From a virus: DNA of 64,000 nucleotides. Below, piece after piece: positions 55,845-64,000 of the stretch. Each line of letters begins with the position of its first letter. Position 1 is the first letter of the stretch. The stretch is taken from positions 24,674 through 88,673 of the IMG/VR virus record IMGVR_UViG_3300047550_001767. One strand, written 5' to 3'. The translations under genes and the position numbers were made by a program. The notes under the pieces were generated by a model. That model was not told the origin of the DNA. It made no database searches and worked only from the letters and a program-made list of their open reading frames with translations.

Positions 55845-56848
55845 TGAAGTTTTTAGATTTTATAACCGAAAATGATAGTGAGATTGCTTTTAATTTAATG
55901 TACTTTTCATTTAACCTTACCGAACAGTTAAAAACAAATGATTTTAATGTCAAAGCAAAGTATATAGTAGATTTTATTTCAAATTACAATATGAACGATA
56001 GGACTTTAATATTAAATGGGTCTATGGAACATTCGGCAATAGAAGTTTTGATAAGTTACATTTTAGATAAAGTAGCATATCCGAAAAATAAAATTAAAAT
56101 TGTACTAAGTGTACCCACTAACAATCCAAAAATTTTAAACTATGACCATGAAATTATTCCGTCAGCAAGTGCAAATATGTTTGATTACTACGGCAAACTT
56201 AAAAAAGAGCAGGTTGATTGGGTAAACATACCTATGAGTTCGCACTTAATTGTTTTGGCAAACAACCCTACTACTGAACGTGCTGAAATAATTAAAATGA
56301 TTTTAAGTATAGCCAAAAATCAAACTAGAGCAAGTTTTGGTATAGATAGAATTACCAATATGAGTTTACAATATTGGAAAAAAATAATGGATCCTTATCC
56401 TGTACCTATGGTTATAGACAAAGAAAGTTTTACTGATTATCACGATATAAATTCTTTTTCAATAAAACTATATCAATCATTGGTAAATGTAATACTTGAA
56501 AGCCTGCCCCCAAGTAATACATATACAGATTTGAGTGAAAAGTCATATAAACCATTTGCATGGCATCAAATGCCATTGTGGTTTGCTCCGCACAACCAAG
56601 TAGATAAGGTGCGTGAGTTGGGCTTTGATACATTTGATGATCTTTTTGATGGGCATACTTATAATAAAGAACCAAATAATCAATTTTACAAATTAAAACT
56701 TTTAAAAACTATAAAAAATTTTATTAATGCATATCCTACATTAGATAGTATTACAGAATTGAGACATAAAATGTGGAATAGGTTAGATGCAAATGAAAAA
56801 CATCTAGCCAAAATAATTGCAAATAATCCTTATTATTTGCAGAGTTAA
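55844..56848 (+). CDS. GT10-like glycosyltransferase-like protein (tandem paralogue of 54798..55844)
   Basis: SLVNVILES...LSEKSYKPF..HQMP...RELGFD.FDD; colinear similarity to the preceding gene over its whole length. Confidence 0.5.
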   Translation: MKFLDFITENDSEIAFNLMYFSFNLTEQLKTNDFNVKAKYIVDFISNYNMNDRTLILNGSMEHSAIEVLISYILDKVAYPKNKIKIVLSVPTNNPKILNYDHEIIPSASANMFDYYGKLKKEQVDWVNIPMSSHLIVLANNPTTERAEIIKMILSIAKNQTRASFGIDRITNMSLQYWKKIMDPYPVPMVIDKESFTDYHDINSFSIKLYQSLVNVILESLPPSNTYTDLSEKSYKPFAWHQMPLWFAPHNQVDKVRELGFDTFDDLFDGHTYNKEPNNQFYKLKLLKTIKNFINAYPTLDSITELRHKMWNRLDANEKHLAKIIANNPYYLQS

Positions 56849-56873
56849 AATTTATATAATATAATAATCAACT

Positions 56874-58637
56874 ATGATATCTTTAAAGAACATAACACTA
56901 AGAAACTTTCTATCGATTGGCGCAGTCACACAGGCTGTGAACTTTGATAGCAAGGAACTCACATTGATTCTTGGTGAGAACCTCGATCTTGGTGGTGACG
57001 GTGCTAGAAACGGTACTGGTAAGACTACATTAATACAGGGTTTATCATATGTACTATTTGGTACGCCAATCAATCAAATTCGTAAAGATAATCTAATCAA
57101 TCGTACCAATGCTAAGGGTATGATGGTTACATTAGAGTTTAGTTGTAACGGTGTTGATTATAAGATTGAACGCGGTCGTAAACCAAATGTATTAAAATTT
57201 TATATAAATAATCAGGAAGAAGAATGTGTAAACGATGCTCAAGGTGAAAATAAAGAAACACAAGAGCATATAGAACGTGCAATAGGTATGACACCCGATA
57301 TGTTTAAACATATTGTGGCACTAAATACTTATAGCGAACCATTTTTAGCCATGAAGGCTAATGATCAGCGTAACATTATTGAACAGTTGCTTGGCATCAC
57401 ATTGTTGAGTGAAAAAGCAGAACTTATAAAAGAGCAAATAAAGAGTACAAAAGACAAAATAACCGAAGAAGAATATAAAAACAAAGCAATAGAAGAAGCA
57501 AATAAACGAATACAAGAACAAATTGAAAACTTAAAAAGACGAGCGAAACTTTGGGATGCCAAGCACGATGAAGATTTATTGAAACTCAAAGATGACCTTG
57601 AAGAACTACAAAAGTTAGATATTGATAGTGAACTTCAGGGTCATAAAGATTTGGCTTTATATAATCAAAAGAAAAAAGATTTAGCCGACCTAGATAAAGC
57701 AATCAATAGAACAGAGAGTGATATAGATCGTGAAGAAAAAGGTCTAAAGAAAGCCGAAAAAGAATTAAAATCATTACAAGATCATAAGTGTCATACTTGT
57801 GGTCAAGATATACACGATGATAAACATAATAAACTTTTAAAGGAAAGAGAAAAATTTGTAAAAGCCACCACAGACACACTCGCTACATTGAAAGCAGAGT
57901 TGTTAGAACTAACTACGGCAAAAACAGAACTAGGTACTATCGGTAAACAACCAAAATTATACTATGATACAGAGCAAGAAGCCTTTCAACATCGTAGTTT
58001 AGTTGATTCATTGATTGTAAAAATTGACGAAAAAGAAAAAGATGAAAATCCATACACCGATCAAATTGGTGAAATGGAAAGTCAAGCACTACAACCAATA
58101 AGTTTTGATAAAATAAATGAGTACACAAGATTATCAGACCATCAAAAGTTTTTGTTAGAGTTATTAACAAGTAAAGATAGTTTCGTCCGCAAGAAGATTA
58201 TCGATCAAAATCTAAGTTATCTCAATGCAAGGCTCACACACTACCTTGATAGAATAGGCTTGCCTCATCAAGTTGTATTCCAAAACGATCTTAATGTTGA
58301 GATTACCGAATTAGGTCGTGAACTTGATTTCGATAATCTTTCTCGCGGCGAACGCAATAGATTGATATTAGGTCTATCATTTGCGTTCCGTGATGTATGG
58401 GAAAGTCTATATAGCCCAATCAATACATTGTTTATTGATGAATTGATTGACAGCGGTATGGATAGTATCGGTGTTGAAAACAGCATGGCTATTCTCAAAG
58501 ACATGTCACGTAATAGGAACAAGTCAGTATGGCTTGTAAGTCATCGTGAAGAACTTGCAGGTCGTGTACCTAGCGTACTGAAGGTTGTCAAAGAAAACGG
58601 ATTCACTACATATAACACTACACATGATTTTGTATGA
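56874..58637 (+). CDS. gp46: Recombination ATPase subunit (gp46/Rad50/SbcC-like)
   Basis: Walker A NGTGKTT, coiled coil with CHTC zinc hook, LSRGE signature, LFIDE Walker B, VSH. Confidence 0.94.
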   Translation: MISLKNITLRNFLSIGAVTQAVNFDSKELTLILGENLDLGGDGARNGTGKTTLIQGLSYVLFGTPINQIRKDNLINRTNAKGMMVTLEFSCNGVDYKIERGRKPNVLKFYINNQEEECVNDAQGENKETQEHIERAIGMTPDMFKHIVALNTYSEPFLAMKANDQRNIIEQLLGITLLSEKAELIKEQIKSTKDKITEEEYKNKAIEEANKRIQEQIENLKRRAKLWDAKHDEDLLKLKDDLEELQKLDIDSELQGHKDLALYNQKKKDLADLDKAINRTESDIDREEKGLKKAEKELKSLQDHKCHTCGQDIHDDKHNKLLKEREKFVKATTDTLATLKAELLELTTAKTELGTIGKQPKLYYDTEQEAFQHRSLVDSLIVKIDEKEKDENPYTDQIGEMESQALQPISFDKINEYTRLSDHQKFLLELLTSKDSFVRKKIIDQNLSYLNARLTHYLDRIGLPHQVVFQNDLNVEITELGRELDFDNLSRGERNRLILGLSFAFRDVWESLYSPINTLFIDELIDSGMDSIGVENSMAILKDMSRNRNKSVWLVSHREELAGRVPSVLKVVKENGFTTYNTTHDFV

Positions 58638-59647
58638 GTTTAGCATTATGGCATTGGCATATAGAGGTAAGTAGTAAATGTACATTACGCTGTCCGCGAT
58701 GCGCACGTAGTGAAGTGCCAAAAACTTTAACCAATACAGAATTAAATTTAGATTTTTTTAAAAAGAATTTTACACCAGAGTTTGTAAGTAGGCATGTTGA
58801 AAAAATTACCTTTTGCGGCGATGACGGTGATCCTATCTACGCACATGATCTAGTACCCATTATTAGATATCTAAAATCATTTAAAGATATAGCCATAGTA
58901 ATAGTAACTAACGGCAGTTATAAAAAACAAGATTGGTGGACTAATTTGGCAAAAATATTAACGGAAGTCGATCACGTTCATTTTAGTTTGGATGGCTATG
59001 ATCAAGCAAGTAATGAGCAGTACCGTATCAATAGTGATTGGGACAGTATTATGCTGGGTATTAATACTTTGAGAAGCAATAGTAGATGCTATATGACTTG
59101 GGATGCTATAGGATTTAAGTTTAATGAAAATCACATAGATCGTATGATGAGCATGGCTAAAAATTTAGGTTTTGACCAATTTCAATTAACACGAAGCACA
59201 AAATTTGGTAGCAAGTATGATCATTATGGAACCAATGATGCACTTGAGCCTACACGTAAAGATTTAATAAGTAGTACTCACCGTTTTGAAAGACGTATTT
59301 GGAATTTATCTAATCGTACTTTACGTGAGCGTTATACAGAAACAAATTTACAATTGTTTAATGATGTTAAAGTTATAGGTGATATTAAACCTATATGCCA
59401 TATAGGCAATAAAGGATTGTTTATTAATAGCAAAGGTGAATTTTACCCATGTTGTTGGGTAGCAAATAGATATAGCCATAACACTCATTGGTCTGAGTTA
59501 GGAAAAAAATATAACTTAAATCTTACAACACTTACAGATGTTGTAAGTGATAAATTTTGGAATAAAAATTTTGTTGAAAATAGTTACGAATGTAGTACAA
59601 AATGTTCAGCAAAATACGTAGATAAAAATTACGCCACTGAGTGGTAA
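58634..59647 (+). CDS. Radical SAM protein with C-terminal twitch/SPASM domain
   Basis: SSKCTLRCPRC, CGDDGDP, TNG, FSLDG, C-terminal PIC...YPCCW...ECSTKC. Overlaps the gp46 stop (ATGA). Confidence 0.88.
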   Translation: MSLALWHWHIEVSSKCTLRCPRCARSEVPKTLTNTELNLDFFKKNFTPEFVSRHVEKITFCGDDGDPIYAHDLVPIIRYLKSFKDIAIVIVTNGSYKKQDWWTNLAKILTEVDHVHFSLDGYDQASNEQYRINSDWDSIMLGINTLRSNSRCYMTWDAIGFKFNENHIDRMMSMAKNLGFDQFQLTRSTKFGSKYDHYGTNDALEPTRKDLISSTHRFERRIWNLSNRTLRERYTETNLQLFNDVKVIGDIKPICHIGNKGLFINSKGEFYPCCWVANRYSHNTHWSELGKKYNLNLTTLTDVVSDKFWNKNFVENSYECSTKCSAKYVDKNYATEW

Positions 59648-59663
59648 TCGTATACATATAGTC

Positions 59664-60236
59664 ATGCCTAATCCACAAAAACAAAAGGGAAACAGTTTTG
59701 AGCGTGAAGTCGCTATACATCTTAGCAAACTCTACAATGAGAGTTTTATTCGTGCTCCTGGATCCGGTGCGTATGTAGGTGGTAAAAATCAAGTACGCAC
59801 ACAAATACTGCACGAAGGGCAGATTCGTAGTTTTAAAGGTGATATAGTGCCCGGGCAGAGTTTCAGCAAAATGAATGCTGAGTGTAAAAGTTATGCTGAT
59901 TTTCCATTTCATCAAGTTTTAACTGGAGAATGTAAAATTCTAGAAAGTTGGTTAGATCAAATGATGGATGTAAGCGAGTCAGATGATGTTAATATATTGT
60001 TTATGAAATTTAACCGTAAAGGAAAGTTTGTAGCAGTACAAACGTCTATGACTTGGGTTACAGATAATTTTTTATATTTTACTTCTAAAAAACACAAAGA
60101 CTGGGTTATTATAGAATTTGACCATTTTTTTAAACTCAACAAAGACCTTCTTAAATCATATTGTTCAGGCAAATCAGAGAACAACTCAATTCATACCATT
60201 ACTACTGAAATAGTTCCTACATTTACAAAATTATAA
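59664..60236 (+). CDS. Holliday junction resolvase-like PD-(D/E)XK nuclease
   Basis: KG..FERE, R.P.SGA, GDI, ECK (Hjc-type motifs); follows gp46. Confidence 0.8.
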   Translation: MPNPQKQKGNSFEREVAIHLSKLYNESFIRAPGSGAYVGGKNQVRTQILHEGQIRSFKGDIVPGQSFSKMNAECKSYADFPFHQVLTGECKILESWLDQMMDVSESDDVNILFMKFNRKGKFVAVQTSMTWVTDNFLYFTSKKHKDWVIIEFDHFFKLNKDLLKSYCSGKSENNSIHTITTEIVPTFTKL

Positions 60237-60261
60237 AATTAGTTGATAGTTTATCTATCCT

Positions 60262-60570
60262 CCTTGAGCAAGTCTAGTTTACTAGTCACCTGCGGATCTG
60301 GAGTAAAGATACTTTTATAGTATCGTATACCGAGAGGGCAATCGACAGGTTTGCGAACCCTCAATGAGCCTATATCTTATTTCGTTTTGCGGATATAGGA
60401 CATGCGTTATAGTAGATGAGAGTCTACAACTACAGTCCATAAACTTTACAGTATAACCGGTAGCGTATAACATCACAACAGGGTAGTTATACGGGAACAA
60501 ACGACATGGCTGATGGGCAGGCAAGTCCACAGTTTGGTAGTGCTGAGATAGCACTACCATGGCTTCAAAG
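60262..60570 (+). ncRNA. Candidate structured non-coding RNA (~310 nt), family unassigned
   Basis: Only long intergenic region in the window, visibly more GC-rich than flanking genes. At least 8 helices incl. a perfect 10-bp stem (60535-44/60550-59), two 8-bp stems, a GNRA-capped stem and long-range closing stems. Confidence 0.6.
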
Positions 60571-60593
60571 CGGCAAATCATTCATATACCAAA

Positions 60594-60644
60594 TAAAAAA
60601 ATAAGTCCGAGCGAAGCGAGGACTTAGACAAACGAAGTTTGTCT
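60594..60644 (-). terminator. Tandem hairpins plus U-tract; probable intrinsic terminator of the gp26/gp51 transcript
   Basis: Immediately after the 60645 stop on the minus strand: AGACAAAC-TTC-GTTTGTCT, then TAAGTCC...GGACTTA followed by TTTTTTT. Confidence 0.55.
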
Positions 60645-60874
60645 TTAAAAGAATGGCAACTGAGTTTTCTTAGTAATGTCCATATGCTCATCTACTAATT
60701 CTGCTAAATGTTTTCTTTCTTGATAAGACATGTTAAGGACATCTTCATAGGTCGCACTGCCTCTCATATACCAAGCCATGGATAATGCGTTCTTTTTTAT
60801 ACCCTGAACCTCAAGTTCCATATTTTCAACTAACTTCTTTATATCTTCAGGGTTAGCCGTCAGAAGTCTTAGCC
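60645..60874 (-). CDS. gp51-like baseplate-hub/tail assembly chaperone segment, probably translated as a -1 frameshift extension of the upstream gene (alternative start ATG 60821)
   Basis: WYMRG...Y..V.NMS..ER...FF motif. Frame is open across the upstream gene's stop, and T TTT TTC lies at 60875-60881. Confidence 0.7.
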
Positions 60875-61693
60875 GAAAAAATCTGATGCGTTGAGAGTAT
60901 ATGGTTGTTGATATTCGTTGCTGCAATTAGTACATTTAATTTCTAAAGGTTTTAATTCAGTACTATTTTTAAGATTTGCATTATGGTCACGAATTGCAAT
61001 ATAAATGCTACCATCGCAGTTATGTAAGAAATCATCAATAAATTCTTTTTCGGTAACTGTGGTGGTTGGAGTTTCTATATAATCTATTGTGTTACTGATT
61101 ATTTTCATGGTTGCTTCAGTAATATCACGTACAGCGTTTTGTGTTACTTTTGCCTTTTCATCAACATTTTCAATAGTTTCAATATTGGCATATACTTTTT
61201 GAATATTAAATTGATCAGTAGCAGCCTGATTCATTTCTTTATAAGTCAGTGGTCTAAACTTTATTTTAAGATCATTGACTGCTAACGGGGTATCATAATC
61301 ACCCTGCTTCATTTGTGCTAATACATTTAATAAGTTTAACCCAAATCTTTCACTATTTTCGCACTTAGGACAAGTTGTATCAATTTCTAATGTCTCTTGG
61401 CCACCTGCTGCTCTAATAGCAATTAATACAGCATCTAGATCGTTAGCATTTAAACGCCATGGGTCTTTAATTGCCGGTACGCAACTTTTAATAAGATCAG
61501 TTATTGCTGACCCGTTAAACAATGCGTCAGGAGTCCTTACAGTAATTTCATCTATTGCAGTCATGGGATATACTGGTAATTCCCCTGATTCAGGCATTTC
61601 TAATACGCCTGGCTGATATCCTTTACCTGCGCTCGGTAATTTAAAATGAACTGCTGGTCTACGAAAAAACTGCTTTAGTGGATTATTCTCCAT
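60869..61693 (-). CDS. Baseplate hub/tail assembly chaperone (T4 gp26-like)
   Basis: NPL..FFR.P....LPS.G..Y, PMTA.DE, D.DA.LIAIR.A, two CxxC pairs (CPKC, CTNC), terminal DFF; AGAGGA RBS. Confidence 0.8.
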   Translation of the reverse strand: MENNPLKQFFRRPAVHFKLPSAGKGYQPGVLEMPESGELPVYPMTAIDEITVRTPDALFNGSAITDLIKSCVPAIKDPWRLNANDLDAVLIAIRAAGGQETLEIDTTCPKCENSERFGLNLLNVLAQMKQGDYDTPLAVNDLKIKFRPLTYKEMNQAATDQFNIQKVYANIETIENVDEKAKVTQNAVRDITEATMKIISNTIDYIETPTTTVTEKEFIDDFLHNCDGSIYIAIRDHNANLKNSTELKPLEIKCTNCSNEYQQPYTLNASDFFG

Positions 61694-61728
61694 ATTAATT
61701 CCTCTTTAAATATTGGGTATTTTGTAAC

Positions 61729-61736
61729 TATAAATA
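61729..61736 (+). promoter_or_regulatory. T4-type late promoter TATAAATA for the tape-measure gene
   Basis: Exact consensus ~47 nt upstream of ATG 61783. Confidence 0.65.
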
Positions 61737-61742
61737 GTGTTG

Positions 61743-61750
61743 TATTTATA
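61743..61750 (-). promoter_or_regulatory. T4-type late promoter TATAAATA for the gp26-like gene
   Basis: Exact consensus on the minus strand ~50 nt upstream of ATG 61693. Confidence 0.65.
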
Positions 61751-61782
61751 AAATCCAAAAACCCTGTAAAAAAAGGTAGGTT

Positions 61783-64000
61783 ATGGCAGAACTTGATGTT
61801 GATGAATTAAATGATTCGTTAAGACTTTTAACACAAACAGTTAGAGACTTATCTAGCCAATTAGGTGCCTCAACCGCTGCAAGTTTGGGCGCTACAAAAG
61901 CCTATAAAGCAAATTATGATGCTACCGGAAGAGCCAATCAAAATATAGATGGATTGGCACGCAGTACCAAGAACCTTACAGAAGCAGAATTAGCAAGATT
62001 AGAGGCACAGAAAAAGATTAGACAAGCAGAAATGCACTTGTCTGATGCAACAGACAAAGCAAAAGATTCTCTTGGTAGTTTCGGTAAAGCAATATTAGAT
62101 ACAAATGTTAAGTTAGACAATTACGGCGAAGCGTTAAGCCAAGCAGGTGACGCTGCTTTTGCATTTGGTAAAGCATTTGGACCACTGGGAGCATTGATAG
62201 GTGGTGTTGTTAAGGGCTTTACTATGCTCATGGAAGCCAATTTAAAGATAACACAGGGTTATCTTGACGGCAAAGATGCACTTAACAAAATGGGCGGCGC
62301 TGGAAGCCATACAGTCGCTTCACTACAAAAAATGGCATTGGAAGCGGACCTTAATGCTGAAACATTAAACAGAATGATTAAACCTATGCAGGGCATGGGT
62401 TCAAGCATAATGGCATTAGGTTCTACAGCAGGTGATAGTCAAAAAGAATTTGCAAAATTAATTCAAGCGACAGCAGAAGAACGTAAGCAAATGCAACGTC
62501 TTGGTATTAACCAAGAGCAAATGATGCAAGGTACAGCGGACTACTTGCAGTTACAATCAATGTCTGGTCGCAGTCTAAAAGCAGAAAATATTGATAGAGA
62601 AAAACTAAGAAAGGCAAGTCAAGAATATCAAGTTAACTTAATGGATTTGGCTGCTTTAACGGGCAAAGATGTTAATGAATTAAAAGAAAAACAAAAAGCA
62701 ATGATGATGGATCGACAGGTCCAATTGAAAACAATTGCTGATACACTTAAAGAAAAACAACTTAGAGAAGCGGCAGCAAAAGAAACTGACGCAGGAAGAA
62801 AAGCAGAGTTACTAGCAAAGGCAGATGCTTTAAAAGCAGAAATAGAAAATAGAAATAAGGCATTCGCAAGTTTAGCAGGCGCACCAGAAGCATTACGTAA
62901 AGGTATTCAACAATTAACAACTGGAACAATATCGGGCGCAGACGCACAAAAATTAGCACGTTTGGGTTTACAAAAAGATATTGATGAATTTAACAAAACA
63001 ATTAAAAATGGTGGCGATCAAGCAAAGGCTGCTGCTAAACTACAAGACGCATATCAAAGAGCGCAAGAAAAAGCAATCACAACAGTAGGCAGATCAGCAG
63101 CGATTAATGAAGAAGTTGCCAAAAACTATGCCTTAAACAGTGAAAAAGATTTAGAAACTGCTGGACAAAGAGTTGGGCAAAGTTACGAAAAAGACCTTGA
63201 ACTACAAAGAAAAAAGAGAGCAGACGCTCAAAAAGAAGGCAAAGACGCTGCTGCTGACGCCGCAGCAAACGCTCAAGAATTAAACATTCAGGCTACAAAA
63301 GGATTAGAAAAATTAATATCTGCCTTTAACCCACTAACAGGTGGAATGATTGCCTTAACTGCTGCTGTAGCAGCAGCAACGTTAGCATTATCTGTAATTG
63401 CTAAAAAAGGATTATTAGGTGGCGCAGGCGGCGGTTTAGAAGGCGGTATAAAGGGAGTAGCAGGAAAAATATTTGGTGGTGGCGGTGCAGGCCCATCCGT
63501 TGCAGGAGCGGGAGCAAAAGCAGCAGGGGCAGGGGCAGGCGGCGCCGGCGCAGTTGTTGAACAGTTAGGTGGTAAGGGCGGTGGAATGTTGGAGGGGGCA
63601 GCAAAGGGCCTCACAGCATTTGCTAACCCGCAAGTTGTATTAGGTGCAGCAGGATTAGGAGCAGCAATTACAGCAATTGGCGCCGGCATTGCTGGCGCAA
63701 CATGGATAATGGGCAAAGCCTTACCTTCACTAGCAGGCGGATTAAAAGCCTTTGAAGAATTGGATGGCAATAAACTTATTGCTACAGGTAAAGGTATATT
63801 AGCGTTAGGAGGAGGACTTGCTGTATTTGGTGCTGGAGGCGCAGCAGCAGGCATCGGCGGCATTATTGGCGGATTAGGAGAAAAATTCGGTAAGGCACTT
63901 GGAATGGACGGTCCATTCAAGAAACTTCAAGAATTTAGTAAATTAGATATTGATGCGCCAAAAGTAAAAGCAAATGCAGAAGCATTTATGGCCTTTAATA
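61783..64000 (+). CDS. Tail tape-measure-like protein (5' part, runs off window)
   Basis: Not in ORF track because no stop was reached. Manual translation MAELDVDELNDSLRLL..., open in all segments checked. Ala/Gly/Leu/Lys-rich helical composition with LAALTG and hydrophobic Gly/Ala stretches; adjacent to the chaperone pair; AGGTAGG RBS. Confidence 0.75.
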   Translation, partial: MAELDVDELNDSLRLLTQTVRDLSSQLGASTAASLGATKAYKANYDATGRANQNIDGLARSTKNLTEAELARLEAQKKIRQAEMHLSDATDKAKDSLGSFGKAILDTNVKLDNYGEALSQAGDAAFAFGKAFGPLGALIGGVVKGFTMLMEANLKITQGYLDGKDALNKMGGAGSHTVASLQKMALEADLNAETLNRMIKPMQGMGSSIMALGSTAGDSQKEFAKLIQATAEERKQMQRLGINQEQMMQGTADYLQLQSMSGRSLKAENIDREKLRKASQEYQVNLMDLAALTGKDVNELKEKQKAMMMDRQVQLKTIADTLKEKQLREAAAKETDAGRKAELLAKADALKAEIENRNKAFASLAGAPEALRKGIQQLTTGTISGADAQKLARLGLQKDIDEFNKTIKNGGDQAKAAAKLQDAYQRAQEKAITTVGRSAAINEEVAKNYALNSEKDLETAGQRVGQSYEKDLELQRKKRADAQKEGKDAAADAAANAQELNIQATKGLEKLISAFNPLTGGMIALTAAVAAATLALSVIAKKGLLGGAGGGLEGGIKGVAGKIFGGGGAGPSVAGAGAKAAGAGAGGAGAVVEQLGGKGGGMLEGAAKGLTAFANPQVVLGAAGLGAAITAIGAGIAGATWIMGKALPSLAGGLKAFEELDGNKLIATGKGILALGGGLAVFGAGGAAAGIGGIIGGLGEKFGKALGMDGPFKKLQEFSKLDIDAPKVKANAEAFMAFN

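Noticed and set aside
712-58721. Numerous 60-130 aa ORFs antisense or out-of-frame within larger genes
   Set aside because: Fully nested in supported genes, no motifs, mostly non-ATG starts; expected by chance.
60245-60570. Assignment of the structured element to group I intron, RNase P RNA or tmRNA
   Set aside because: Only partial look-alikes (CTACAGTCC, GGCAAGTCC). No convincing P7 pairing or interrupted gene, no GAGGAAAGTCC plus 3' partner in the proper order, no tRNA-like ends.
60315-60581. 88-aa minus-strand ORF in the intergenic region
   Set aside because: No recognisable motif, lies beyond a probable terminator, and the sequence is better explained by dense base-pairing; not formally excluded.
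60875-60926. ORF-track start of the 93-aa ORF at 60926
   Set aside because: Non-ATG start inside the gp26-like gene without an RBS; the frameshift or ATG 60821 explains the frame better.
63288-63920. 210-aa Pro/Ala-rich minus-strand ORF
   Set aside because: Mirror of the Gly/Ala-rich part of the tape-measure-like gene on the plus strand.
1-64000. Stop-codon reassignment, CRISPR arrays, tRNAs, integrase/transposase, inteins, reverse transcriptase/DGR
   Set aside because: Genes are full-length and tightly packed in code 11, including a 19.7-kb ORF. I saw no spaced direct repeats, cloverleafs or the relevant catalytic motifs by eye.

Overview
AT-rich, densely coding 64 kb segment of a large T4-related (jumbo-type) myovirus genome, read in standard code 11. 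(1) 1-19234, minus strand: a translationally coupled sugar/radical-chemistry cluster directly downstream of virion genes. It encodes a DegT-type aminotransferase, a cobalamin-dependent radical SAM enzyme, UDP-glucose dehydrogenase, six tandem twitch/SPASM radical SAM enzymes, three GT-A glycosyltransferases, two GT10-like proteins and three SGNH-like proteins. (2) 19303-52693, minus strand: tail/baseplate module, including a 6569-aa protein built of nested repeat modules, plus gp6-, gp25-, gp5-, hub- and gp53-like genes. (3) 52837-60236, plus strand: gp55 late sigma factor, gp47/gp46 and a Holliday-junction resolvase, interrupted by two more GT10-like genes and an eighth radical SAM gene. (4) 60237-60644: a ~310-nt, extensively base-paired intergenic element (candidate novel ncRNA) followed by two GAA-triloop hairpins. 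(5) 60645-61693, minus strand: a gp26/gp51-like chaperone pair joined by a canonical -1 slippery site (T TTT TTC). (6) 61783->64000, plus strand: tape-measure-like gene. The best candidates for new biology are the radical-SAM/glycosyltransferase pathway (probably virion glycan tailoring), the structured RNA and the frameshift. All assignments come from motif reading by eye; no database searches were run.
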